The notes under the pieces: model-generated | Told to the model about the DNA's origin: nothing | The model's database searches: none | The model's input: the letters and a program-made list of their open reading frames with translations, nothing else | IMG/VR virus record: IMGVR_UViG_3300042868_012858 | Coordinates: 9,570-73,569 of that record | DNA length: 64,000 nt | Strand: one strand, 5' to 3' | Source of the DNA: a virus | Position numbers and translations under genes: made by a program | Part shown: positions 1-9,072 of the stretch, in pieces | Layout: each line of letters begins with the position of its first letter | How positions within the stretch are numbered: position 1 is the stretch's first letter

Positions 1-643
1 CAGAAGATTGAGAAGTTGAAATATCCCATCCATTTCCTAAAGCAAATGATCCAGCGTAGATACCATTTGAGAAAGAGTTTGCTGACAACGTAGTAACATA
101 AGTACCAGCTACAGTGTAACCTGTTCCGAAAGAAAGGTCAAAACCTCTGTTGTTGTAGAATCTCTCATATGCAGATGTATCTGCGAAATCAGGACCAGCT
201 TGTCCGTTAGCAGTATTAGCAGGAGCTACTTTGCTATAAGAACCAGCACCTGAGTTATCAGGGAAGTTAGGGTAAACTGGATTGTTTAATGTTGTATCAG
301 TTCCGTTGAAAGATACTCTAGCATCCATGTAGAAAAGTAAACCAGAAGGTAAAGCAAGAGGTTGTACAGATACAATCTCGTTAGCTAACAATCTAGAGAA
401 CACTCTTCTTACGATAGGGAAAGCAACTGTATCGAATCTACCAGCAGATGAATCAAGAGTTACCTCGTTCAACATTGCTTGTGCTTGATTCTCCATCAAT
501 TGCGCAGTGTTTGCTTTTTTCATACCACGAAGACCCTCAAGAAGACCTGAATCATCCCAGTTTCTTACGATGGCTTGTCTTTGTTCAGCAAGGTTTCTAA
601 ATACTGTTAGACCTACCTTACCGCTGTTTAAAAGTTCGCTCAT
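1..643 (-). CDS. gp23: Major capsid protein, T4 gp23-like (5' part only; runs off the left edge)
   Basis: Not in the ORF track. Manual translation from ATG at 643: MSELLNSGKVG...WDDSGLLEGL...LMENQAQAMLNEVTL...FDTVAFPIVRRVFSRLLANEIVSVQPLALPSGLLFY, matching gp23-family N-terminal motifs. Lies downstream of scaffold and protease genes. Confidence 0.95.
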   Translation of the reverse strand, partial: MSELLNSGKVGLTVFRNLAEQRQAIVRNWDDSGLLEGLRGMKKANTAQLMENQAQAMLNEVTLDSSAGRFDTVAFPIVRRVFSRLLANEIVSVQPLALPSGLLFYMDARVSFNGTDTTLNNPVYPNFPDNSGAGSYSKVAPANTANGQAGPDFADTSAYERFYNNRGFDLSFGTGYTVAGTYVTTLSANSFSNGIYAGSFALGNGWDISTSQSS

Positions 644-725
644 TTTTTTTTGTTTTTAAGGTTTTTTTAAATTGTTTTAATAATTATTCACAAATTTTCT
701 GTTTTCCAGGTTTTTGCGAATTTTT

Positions 726-2189
726 TTAGTCTTCGAGACGCTTTGTCATCCCTGCAAGCTGTTTCATTCTTCTTGCCTCTTCGCTTTCATACAGAGGTTT
801 TGATTCTGTACTTACTTTAGCTGTATGAGTAGTAGAAGCTTTAATTTTATTAGAAGCATCACCTACTTTAATATTATTTTCTTTAATAATACTTTTGTAA
901 ATTTTTTCTGCTTCCTCTATCGTATCAGCACCATCAAATTGTTCGCAAACAGTAAGTTTTTGATCAAATGATAATCCACCATTCATTAACAACTTGTTTA
1001 CAAGCGCTAGCTTTCCGTTGAAAGTTTGCATTTCGTCAAATTGTTCTCTTAGTTGAATAAAAGCATCCTCAAACTCTTTTCTTTCAAGTTTTAGAGACTT
1101 CAATTCAGTTTGTAAACCTTTGTTTTCCTGTGTGAGCTCGCCTATTTTAGACTCATATTGAGCTTTTATTTTTTTACTTTCGTTTAATTCATGTCTGTGT
1201 TCAACACCTTGTCTTGGTTGTTTACCTAGTGTATTAGAATGTCTAAGATTGTGTCCAACACCTTGCACTTCTTCCATTCCCCAACCTTCTTGAGGCATTT
1301 CATCTTCGTCAACTATTTCAATAGTCTCTGTATTATCTTCATCCAAATTTATTATTATTTCCTTTGGAGGGTTTGGCAATTGATTTGGGTCATTTTCATT
1401 ACCCATTGTGTAGTCTACATCTTCACCACCTTCCAATTCGTCAATAATTTCTAAAAGATCATTACCTTCTTCAAATTCTTCAATTTCAAATGTCATATCT
1501 TCTTGAACTGTTGCTGCAGGAGCAGCAGGCGCTTCAGCTGCAGGAGCAACTTCAGCTTCATCATCAACAACTTCAAATTCTTGCTCTCCAGCTTGTTGGT
1601 CTGCAGAAACACCTTGTTGTTGCATTAATACATTTATTAATGTATCCATTTTAGAAACTAATTCTTCAATATCTTGCTCTAATTTATCTCCACCTTCTTC
1701 AGCTACAGGTTCTTCAGCTACAGGTTCTTCAGCTACAGGAGCTTCTGGCATAGGAGCTTCTGGCATAGGAGCAGCAGTTGGTTCAGCAGCAGGCGCTGCA
1801 GGAGCAGGAGCAGCCGCAGGAGCAGCTTCAGCCTCATTAGTCATTCTATTCATTTCTAACATATTTTCATTTTTTTGTTCTTCATCGGATACTTCAATTT
1901 CTTCTTCATCATCAGAAACTTCTATAAATTCATCTTCTGGATCAACATCTGTTTCTTCATCATGTTCTGAAGAAGTACTAGTAGTAAAAACTTCTTCTCC
2001 GTCTTTTTCAACTTCAACATTTCCGTCTTCATCAACAGAAATATTAATTTCTTCGTTAATAACTTCTAAGATTTTTTTATCAACTTCTTCTTGAAGTTTA
2101 GATTCTATCTGTTGCTGAGCAAATCTTCTGATTTCTTCAAAATCAGCTTTGGCTTGTTCTAGCGATGACTTTCTAACATTATTGCTCAT
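726..2189 (-). CDS. Prohead scaffold/core protein (T4 gp22-like)
   Basis: Very acidic, Ala/Pro-rich linker, C-terminal coiled coil (FNGKLALVNKLL...FDGADTIEEAEKIY), ends RRMKQLAGM; between protease and MCP. Confidence 0.8.
   Translation of the reverse strand: MSNNVRKSSLEQAKADFEEIRRFAQQQIESKLQEEVDKKILEVINEEINISVDEDGNVEVEKDGEEVFTTSTSSEHDEETDVDPEDEFIEVSDDEEEIEVSDEEQKNENMLEMNRMTNEAEAAPAAAPAPAAPAAEPTAAPMPEAPMPEAPVAEEPVAEEPVAEEGGDKLEQDIEELVSKMDTLINVLMQQQGVSADQQAGEQEFEVVDDEAEVAPAAEAPAAPAATVQEDMTFEIEEFEEGNDLLEIIDELEGGEDVDYTMGNENDPNQLPNPPKEIIINLDEDNTETIEIVDEDEMPQEGWGMEEVQGVGHNLRHSNTLGKQPRQGVEHRHELNESKKIKAQYESKIGELTQENKGLQTELKSLKLERKEFEDAFIQLREQFDEMQTFNGKLALVNKLLMNGGLSFDQKLTVCEQFDGADTIEEAEKIYKSIIKENNIKVGDASNKIKASTTHTAKVSTESKPLYESEEARRMKQLAGMTKRLED
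1696..1770 (-). repeat. In-frame 15-bp tandem repeats in the scaffold linker (PVAEE x3, PMPEA x2)
   Basis: tcttcagctacagg occurs three times and ggagcttctggcata twice. Confidence 0.8.
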
Positions 2190-2210
2190 ATCGTATGAAA
2201 AGATTTATTA

Positions 2211-2217
2211 ATAAATA
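2211..2217 (-). promoter_or_regulatory. Candidate late promoter TATTTAT (representative copy; others at 2936, 4063, 5534, 8659, 11938, 14928, 43844, 43913, 61164 on minus and 8709, 12801, 37930, 43947, 46267, 52301, 55231 on plus)
   Basis: Same heptamer on the coding strand, mostly 6-40 nt upstream of structural gene starts. Confidence 0.7.
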
Positions 2218-2243
2218 TTTGAAAATTTCTAAAAACCGAATTA

Positions 2244-2912
2244 TTAAATATTTTTCCAAAAATCTGAATTAGCAAGCTTGTGCAATTTTGTATAATAATC
2301 GTACTGCTCTTTAAGATTTTCGTTGTCTAATTTTAATACTTTACCACTTTCTTCTTTTAAAGGAATCATTCCTTTTCTCGCCATATCCCTACCTTCTTTA
2401 AAAAGATAAGCTCCAGGAGTTGACGGAGAAGAAACAAAATCGAATGCAATCAATTCAAAATCTTCTTGCACTAAATCTTTTCCGCTTACATTTTTTACAG
2501 AACCTACTCCTCTAGAAGAAATTCCTAGCATAAATCCTGCTTTTAATAAACCTTTTAAAGTGCTACCAGCTTTTGTTTCTTCAGCAATCAAGACTTTACC
2601 ATACAAGTCTTTTCCTTGCCACCACATATCTGTAACTCTATGAGATACATTTGCAAGAGAAACAACTGCAGAATCAGGGTGATCTAATTCACCACCAGCA
2701 GTTCCACTTTCTACAAGCTCCATATATTTATCAACCTCTCTTTTAAGAATATCATATGGATAAACTCTACCATTTCTATTTAATGTGTCAGCCTTCTGAA
2801 GAATACCTGTCATAACCAAAGGTTTATTCTTCTCTTCAGATTCTTTTATTAATTCAGGACTAGCCTTAAACTCATAAAATTCTGTAATGATGCATTTACC
2901 GCTATTAATCAT
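2244..2912 (-). CDS. gp21: Prohead core protease, T4 gp21-like
   Basis: NRNGRVYP, GELDHP (His), GISSRGVGS (Ser) and FDFVSSPS motifs. Confidence 0.95.
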   Translation of the reverse strand: MINSGKCIITEFYEFKASPELIKESEEKNKPLVMTGILQKADTLNRNGRVYPYDILKREVDKYMELVESGTAGGELDHPDSAVVSLANVSHRVTDMWWQGKDLYGKVLIAEETKAGSTLKGLLKAGFMLGISSRGVGSVKNVSGKDLVQEDFELIAFDFVSSPSTPGAYLFKEGRDMARKGMIPLKEESGKVLKLDNENLKEQYDYYTKLHKLANSDFWKNI

Positions 2913-2971
2913 TTCTTAAAAAATTAGATTTATTAATAAATATTTAGTTTTTTTATTTTTTCTCACTAAAT

Positions 2972-3000
2972 AAAAAAACCCCCAAAAAATTGGAGGTTTT
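2972..3000. terminator. Probable intrinsic terminator hairpin
   Basis: aaaacccccaa-aaaa-ttggaggtttt imperfect inverted repeat with A/T tails, just downstream of the 3021-3614 gene. Confidence 0.5.
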
Positions 3001-3020
3001 ATATAAAATATTTAAATTAA

Positions 3021-3614
3021 TTATCCTGGTAAAATAAAAAATGTTCCAGCGTCATATGATTCTACATAATAACCCATAGATTTAATGAAATCATTAAAAG
3101 GTTTATATACTTCTAATTCATAATTTTCATAATCATCTGTGTATGGGTCAAACAATTTCATTCTATCGTTTGAATAACTTCCTTCACCAGTCCAAATTGT
3201 ATCTTCACTATAATCAGAACCGAAATCTTCACCTGGTTTAAACCAAGCTTTAGGGTATTTTTCTTTGAGCATAGTCATCAAAGTATCTCTGTCAACTTCA
3301 ACACTTTCGTTTATCTTTTTTTTCTTAGGTTTATCAGGAACTTTTAAACCTTTTCTTTTAGCTGTATTAATAGCAATGGCCACCTTTTGGTCTTGAGGCA
3401 TTTTTTCGTCAGCCATTTTACTTAGCTTTGCGGAAATAACTTCTTTAGCTTTTTCAGAATACTCACTTTTCTTCTTTTTACCCTCTTCTAGAATTTTTAA
3501 ATCTTTATTTATTTTTTCCTTTTCTTCTTTTAAAGTTTGTAACTTATAAAGATTTGTTACTTGCTCTTGGATATAAGAAACAAGATTTTGTTTTGTTAAT
3601 TTATTAGAAGCCAT
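3021..3614 (-). CDS. Putative head-internal protein: shared N-terminal leader, basic QKVAIAI segment, acidic C-terminal domain
   Basis: First ~44 aa nearly identical to the neighbour at 3646-4050; LEE and INE candidate cleavage sites separate the segments. Confidence 0.65.
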   Translation of the reverse strand: MASNKLTKQNLVSYIQEQVTNLYKLQTLKEEKEKINKDLKILEEGKKKKSEYSEKAKEVISAKLSKMADEKMPQDQKVAIAINTAKRKGLKVPDKPKKKKINESVEVDRDTLMTMLKEKYPKAWFKPGEDFGSDYSEDTIWTGEGSYSNDRMKLFDPYTDDYENYELEVYKPFNDFIKSMGYYVESYDAGTFFILPG

Positions 3615-3645
3615 ATTTTTTTAGTTGTTAGTTTTTGTGAATTAA

Positions 3646-4050
3646 TTAATGACCATAATCAAAAGCAAAATATAATTTTTCGCCATTCGACAAATCAACT
3701 TTTTGTGAAACAATTCCACAACACATATGACTTACTTCATCATTAATTTTATCTTCACTTTTTGTTATAATAAAATTACCATTGTATTCATACATCTCAT
3801 TATCCAAAAATTCATCAATTGGCAAACTTCTTTCTAGTTCATCTAATTCATTATCGGAAATATTTTCAGAAGAATCTCTTACCATCCATCTTAATCTGTG
3901 ATTACCTGAATCACTTACTTCTTTTAAGATTTTTAAATCTTTATTTATTTCTTTTCTTTGTTCTTTTAGAACTTGTAATTTATAAAGATTTTCGACTTGC
4001 TCTTGTATGTAATTAACAAGACTCTGCTTTGTCATTTTATTGGAAGCCAT
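3646..4050 (-). CDS. Putative head-internal protein with the same leader (start revised to 4050, MASNKMTK)
   Basis: Leader paralogous to 3021-3614; TATTTAT element at 4063-4069 upstream of ATG 4050. Confidence 0.65.
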   Translation of the reverse strand: MASNKMTKQSLVNYIQEQVENLYKLQVLKEQRKEINKDLKILKEVSDSGNHRLRWMVRDSSENISDNELDELERSLPIDEFLDNEMYEYNGNFIITKSEDKINDEVSHMCCGIVSQKVDLSNGEKLYFAFDYGH

Positions 4051-4079
4051 ACTTTTTTTCTTATAAATAGAAGAAAAAA

Positions 4080-4589
4080 TCAATTAGACTTGCTATATAC
4101 AATAAAGTTTTTGGAATTTGAGAAAATATCAGATTTGCTTATAATATCACTAAGTCTAATACATTCATCAAATAATTCTGTATTCTTTTTATAGCTCAAT
4201 GGTAATTTTTCTTCTGAATTTATATTTAAAGTATGAAGATATAACTCTATAGAAACATAATTTCTTTTTCCGTTGTAATTTAAATTTTCAGGAATGTTTT
4301 TTATGAATATATTTTCATTTTCTAATGGAAAATACTTATTTGATTTTAACTCTTTAGATAAATTATTTGAATATATCTTATGAAGATCTCTTTCAAGAAT
4401 TTCTTTTAAATCCTTCTGATCCTTGTTTTCATTTTCTTTAGTAGGTTCTAACCAAAAACTAGCAAATATATAAATTGTTTCTGGAGCTTCCCTGTTTTCG
4501 ACAGTTCCAATTTTTATGTTTATATTTTTGCTAGATAACTTATCTGTATCTACTTTTATTTCCCTTGCGGTTCTTTTACTTTCAATCAT
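4080..4589 (-). CDS. Hypothetical protein (head region)
   Basis: 169-aa ORF co-oriented with head genes. Confidence 0.6.
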   Translation of the reverse strand: MIESKRTAREIKVDTDKLSSKNINIKIGTVENREAPETIYIFASFWLEPTKENENKDQKDLKEILERDLHKIYSNNLSKELKSNKYFPLENENIFIKNIPENLNYNGKRNYVSIELYLHTLNINSEEKLPLSYKKNTELFDECIRLSDIISKSDIFSNSKNFIVYSKSN

Positions 4590-4646
4590 GTAATTTAAAA
4601 ATTATGATGAAAAAATATAATAAAAAAATAGTTTTATTCCAAAAAA

Positions 4647-4674
4647 AAAGTCCTCACTTAAAAGAGAGGACTTT
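4647..4674. terminator. Probable intrinsic terminator hairpin
   Basis: aaagtcctc...gaggacttt inverted repeat with A-tract. Confidence 0.6.
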
Positions 4675-4692
4675 AATTATTGTGTTTTAGTT

Positions 4693-5520
4693 TTATTCGT
4701 TGATATAAGATTGCAATTCTAAATTAGATAAAATATACTCGTCAATATTCACAAAATTAACATTTTGCATATTCATCAATTTATTTTTAAAATTTTCCAA
4801 CAATTCTTTTGAATCAGAATCTAAATCAGATTTTGTTTCTAAAATTTGAGAAATCATTTTAAGGTTTTGTTGTTTAACCTCATTCAAATAAGAAATTTTT
4901 GTTTTTTCATCAGAAACTAATACGGAGAAAACTTTCTTTTCTTCTTCATTTAAATGCTCATATCTATCATTAAAATTATTTACAGCAACTTTTGTAATAA
5001 ATTTCCAAGACTCATTTAGTTTAGGATTATCTTCTTTTTCTTTTGAGTATTCAGATTCATTAACTGTTCTAGTAAGATATTTTACAACATAATCATATGC
5101 CTCAACTTCTCTTTCTATTTCTTTTCCTAAATTTGAGTGAACTGCGTTTGAATTAAACTCAATCAAAGTGTTTATACTTTCAGCTAATTTATTGTCTACT
5201 CTAGACTCTATATGCATATCATCTAAAAGTTCTTTTCTAACTCTTTTATTTTCTGATGTAATGTTATTCCATTTTTCGTTTTTAAACAATTGCATATTTT
5301 GAGCAATAAATCTTTCCGCCAATCTTTCTTTGGTAAAAGGTTTAGCATTCTCAATGTTTTTAAAAACAAATTGTTGTTTTGTTAGAACAGGACTTTGTTT
5401 GATTTCTTTTAGGAATTTTTCAAGAGTAATGCTTTTTTGTTCTCTTACTAGTTCTGCTGCTGATAATCTAGTAACCGTATCTCTTATTGCTCCGAAGTTG
5501 AAAGATATATTTTGTGCCAT
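4693..5520 (-). CDS. Hypothetical helical protein (head region)
   Basis: 275-aa ORF, TATTTAT at 5534-5540 upstream, ends YINE. Confidence 0.65.
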   Translation of the reverse strand: MAQNISFNFGAIRDTVTRLSAAELVREQKSITLEKFLKEIKQSPVLTKQQFVFKNIENAKPFTKERLAERFIAQNMQLFKNEKWNNITSENKRVRKELLDDMHIESRVDNKLAESINTLIEFNSNAVHSNLGKEIEREVEAYDYVVKYLTRTVNESEYSKEKEDNPKLNESWKFITKVAVNNFNDRYEHLNEEEKKVFSVLVSDEKTKISYLNEVKQQNLKMISQILETKSDLDSDSKELLENFKNKLMNMQNVNFVNIDEYILSNLELQSYINE

Positions 5521-5576
5521 CTTTTTTTTATCTATAAATAATTTAAAAAAATGTAATTATGTTTATTTTTTTATAA

Positions 5577-5584
5577 TATATTTG
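5577..5584 (+). promoter_or_regulatory. Bacteroidota-type -7 promoter element (TAnnTTTG) upstream of the vWA gene
   Basis: TATATTTG(CA) 25 nt before ATG 5610; no clear -33 TTTG. Confidence 0.5.
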
Positions 5585-5609
5585 CAAAGGTAAAAATAAT
5601 CCAAATTAT

Positions 5610-7925
5610 ATGATTAAATATTTAAAAATTAAAGACAACTTGTATTTAGCACAACAAGTTGTTAGACCTGAACAACAAAAAGAACAAGTTGTTGATTTAT
5701 CTACACAACATATCTTTGTTATAGACTGCTCTGGATCTATGTCAGGTGAACTTTCTACTATTAGAAAGGATTTGTTTAACAAAATTTCTACAATTTTAAA
5801 ACCATCTGATTCTGTAACTATTATTTGGTTCTCTGGAAGAAATCAATATGGAGTTATTTTAGAAGACTACACTGTGCACAGCAATATCGCACTAGAGAAG
5901 GTTAGAGAGACTATTAATAAGTATTTAACTCCTCAAGGGCTAACAGCATTCAAACAGCCTTTAGAAGAAGTAAAAGCCGTTATTGAAAGAGTTAGAAGCA
6001 ATAATTCTAATATGCTTCACTCTATGTTTTTCTTAACTGATGGTTATGATAATCAATTTTCTACAAAAGAAATTTTGAAAGCTACCACTGAGTTAACTGA
6101 TTATCTAAATAGTGCAACTATTGTAGAATATGGTTGGTATTGTAATAGAGAGTTGCTTTCTCAAATGGCTCAAGAAATTGGTGGAGTTCACACTTTTAGT
6201 CAAAACTTCCAAGATTATGAACCATATTTGACGAAACAATTTACTTCTGACAATAGAGGAAAAAGAACTTACATCGAATTGGCTAATGCTCCAAAGTTTG
6301 ACATGGTTTTCAATGTTGTTGATGGTGATGTTGTTATGTATAAAACAAATGAAAACAACGAAATCCTAATCAATGTAAATGGGGACACAAACATTTTCTA
6401 CTTTACAGATTCTTCTGTTGTTGAAACAGGAAATTACAACGTTCACAACTTGGAATATATAAAAGAATATTTTAACAATAGAATTGAGTCTGAAATGATT
6501 CAAGGAATGTATGCTTCATTATTTGCTTTCAGTAGAAAATCTGACTATGGAATGGTATCTGAAATCCTAAAAGCTTTAGGTGATGCTTATTTCATTACAG
6601 AAAAAGCAAATACTTTTGGGACTCAAAAAATTAATGAGTTGGAAGCAAAATTCTTGGATGCTGTTAATGATTCTTCTAAAAGATATATTGATGGGTACAA
6701 TCCAAATCTAGAACCTGCAGAAGATGCTTATTGTGTTTTAGATATGATGCAAGACTTGATGACTCAAGATGGAAATTATTGGTATCCACAGCACGAGGCC
6801 TTCAACTACAAAAGAATTGGAAGCAAGACTATTGCTAAGATGACTGATTTATCTGAAGAAGATAGACAAAAAATTGATGATTTATTGGATAGCAAAAAAC
6901 TAGACGAAGCTCAACAACTTCTTGAAGAGATTAAGAAAAATCAGCCAACTCAATTAAAGTTTCATTACTTTGGAACATTACAGGCGTTCCCTTTTTATGA
7001 TCTTGTTTGGAACGAAACTAGAGCCAATCTATCTGTTCAAGTTAATTATAAAGGTCATGTTGAATTGCCTGAAAACCAATTCGGTCTTCCAGTTCAATTC
7101 CCTACAAACCAATTCAGAAACTACACTTTAATTAAAGATGGTATTGTCTATAATTATACATTACCAGTTTCTTTGGGTAGAGAAACATTTGACAAACTTC
7201 AGGCGAATGGTTTATTAGATGGTGAGTTTTATGAAGAAAATAAAATTTATGTTTTAGATTTTTCTAAACTTCCTGTTATAAACAGAAAAATGGTTAGTAC
7301 ATTATCAGCAAAAGAATTGTTCACAAACGAATGGGAATTATTGAAATTAAAATCTTCAAACGCTGTTTATAATTACTATAAAAAGCTTAAGTTCCAAAAT
7401 ACAAGCAAAGGTTTTGTAGAACAATTTGGAAAAGAGGCTACTGAGTGGTTAGCTACATTTGGATTAAAAGATTACGGATTTAATCCGCCAAAAACTGTTG
7501 AAAAGCAGGGTGAGCAAATTGATGTTAACGTTCTTGAAGTGAAAATTGATAAAATGAGCACAACACCTGGAAAGAAAGAGATAGAATCTGCGGAGAGAAA
7601 AATTAACGCAAGTGAATCTCTTACTCCTAAAGAAGCTCTTGTTGAAAATGCTATTAAAGAAGTTAATCAATTTACAGGATTAATTAAAGAAGTGACCAAT
7701 CAAGACAAAATGTTAGAAGATTGGTTATATCAAAAATCTAAATTTTTCAGAACAGAAAAAAATAGATTAATGTCTGAAATTTCTAAAGCAAAATTTTTAA
7801 CAATTGTTGGAAAAAGTTGGTTTACAGAATTTGCCGATAGAAGTCAAAACGAAATGACTTTGAATTTAGATTCTCAAGATGTAAAATTCAAGGTTGAGGA
7901 TAAAATAGAGACTATTACAATTTAA
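5610..7925 (+). CDS. von Willebrand factor A domain protein
   Basis: MIDAS DCSGS in HIFVIDCSGSM, T in GLTAF, FFLTDG; long C-terminal region of unknown function. Confidence 0.85.
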   Translation: MIKYLKIKDNLYLAQQVVRPEQQKEQVVDLSTQHIFVIDCSGSMSGELSTIRKDLFNKISTILKPSDSVTIIWFSGRNQYGVILEDYTVHSNIALEKVRETINKYLTPQGLTAFKQPLEEVKAVIERVRSNNSNMLHSMFFLTDGYDNQFSTKEILKATTELTDYLNSATIVEYGWYCNRELLSQMAQEIGGVHTFSQNFQDYEPYLTKQFTSDNRGKRTYIELANAPKFDMVFNVVDGDVVMYKTNENNEILINVNGDTNIFYFTDSSVVETGNYNVHNLEYIKEYFNNRIESEMIQGMYASLFAFSRKSDYGMVSEILKALGDAYFITEKANTFGTQKINELEAKFLDAVNDSSKRYIDGYNPNLEPAEDAYCVLDMMQDLMTQDGNYWYPQHEAFNYKRIGSKTIAKMTDLSEEDRQKIDDLLDSKKLDEAQQLLEEIKKNQPTQLKFHYFGTLQAFPFYDLVWNETRANLSVQVNYKGHVELPENQFGLPVQFPTNQFRNYTLIKDGIVYNYTLPVSLGRETFDKLQANGLLDGEFYEENKIYVLDFSKLPVINRKMVSTLSAKELFTNEWELLKLKSSNAVYNYYKKLKFQNTSKGFVEQFGKEATEWLATFGLKDYGFNPPKTVEKQGEQIDVNVLEVKIDKMSTTPGKKEIESAERKINASESLTPKEALVENAIKEVNQFTGLIKEVTNQDKMLEDWLYQKSKFFRTEKNRLMSEISKAKFLTIVGKSWFTEFADRSQNEMTLNLDSQDVKFKVEDKIETITI

Positions 7926-7948
7926 CAAACAACAAATAGTGGCAAAAA

Positions 7949-7975
7949 AAAAGGAGGCTAAATTAGCCTCCTTTT
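7949..7975. terminator. Bidirectional intrinsic terminator
   Basis: aaaaggaggctaa-a-ttagcctcctttt perfect inverted repeat between convergent genes. Confidence 0.85.
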
Positions 7976-7995
7976 GTATTTTATAGTTATATTAT

Positions 7996-8619
7996 TTACA
8001 CTAATCTTTGAAGATAGGTATAGTAATTAACTAAAGGAGGGTTCGTAGTTGCTGACAATGTAAATGAAGACGCACTAAGAGCTGTAGAGTTACCGCCTGT
8101 TGTTGTAATTCCAAGAGCAGTGTATCCAGCGTTAGCTGTAAGACCTGTAACAAATTGAGCAGATGTAGTAGGAGCTTTAAATGCAACGAAAACATTGTTT
8201 CCAACTGTTGTAGCAGTAATCAATCCCTGAGTACCATTTGTGTTAGCTGTTAGTGTAAATGTGTAGTTAGTAGGAGTAGAAACATTACCTTTGCTAAATG
8301 TAGCACCCGAAACAGTTGTAGTTCCTGTATAGCCTAAATCAACTTGAGAAATAGTAGACTGCTTCACATTGTTACCTACAAATATAAAAGGCAAATTGCT
8401 ATAAGAAGCGCCATTATTGTGATAATAAGTTCCTCTTTCATAATCATAAATCGTAACTCCTTGTCTTGCAAGTTCCGCACGATTTGTAATTTGTTCAGAA
8501 ACTCTTAAGCCTTTCATAGCAACAATTTTATTGCTAGGAATCGCCTTTACAAAAGCCTGAGACCCATCTCTGTATTGAATTTTAAAAGGGTTGTTTGAGA
8601 AGTTTACAAGAATTACCAT
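7996..8619 (-). CDS. Thr/Ser/Gly-rich putative virion (decoration-like) protein
   Basis: 207 aa, T-rich C-terminal half, TATTTAT at 8659-8665. Confidence 0.6.
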   Translation of the reverse strand: MVILVNFSNNPFKIQYRDGSQAFVKAIPSNKIVAMKGLRVSEQITNRAELARQGVTIYDYERGTYYHNNGASYSNLPFIFVGNNVKQSTISQVDLGYTGTTTVSGATFSKGNVSTPTNYTFTLTANTNGTQGLITATTVGNNVFVAFKAPTTSAQFVTGLTANAGYTALGITTTGGNSTALSASSFTLSATTNPPLVNYYTYLQRLV

Positions 8620-8731
8620 TTTTTTATGTGTTTAATTGTTTAATGTTTATTTTTATTAATAAATATAAATCCTTTTTTTGAAACTAATCTTTTTAAAAAA
8701 AAAATTTTTATTTATAAGAAAAACAAATAAA

Positions 8732-8800
8732 ATGAGAGAGTTTATCACAACACCAAAAAGAATGCATAGACTTCCTAGAAGATGTAAAAGCGGATGCTGA
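8732..8800 (+). CDS. Candidate 22-aa micro-protein MREFITTPKRMHRLPRRCKSGC
   Basis: First ATG after TATTTAT (8709-8715), A-rich leader, stop overlaps the next start (ATGCTGA). Confidence 0.5.
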   Translation: MREFITTPKRMHRLPRRCKSGC

Positions 8801-9072
8801 CGTTTCTAGAGTTTATTCTTTCTACGATTGGTTTTACAATAATTGTAACCCAATCTAAGTTATTTGAACCAATAAGAAAAGGTGCAGGTAAAATACATAA
8901 CAAATTAGAATATCTTCTAAATTGTCCAATGTGTTTTGGAATGTGGTCTGGAATTTTGGTTTATATACTACAAACCCATAAAGTAGATTTTTTACTTTAT
9001 GGGTTTATTGGAAGTTTTGTCTCCTATTTAGCTTATTTGCTAATTCATCCACTAATGGATAAATATGATTAA
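8794..9072 (+). CDS. Small membrane protein with CxxC (DUF1360-like)
   Basis: Hydrophobic segments and LLNCPMCFGMW motif. Confidence 0.7.
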   Translation: MLTFLEFILSTIGFTIIVTQSKLFEPIRKGAGKIHNKLEYLLNCPMCFGMWSGILVYILQTHKVDFLLYGFIGSFVSYLAYLLIHPLMDKYD

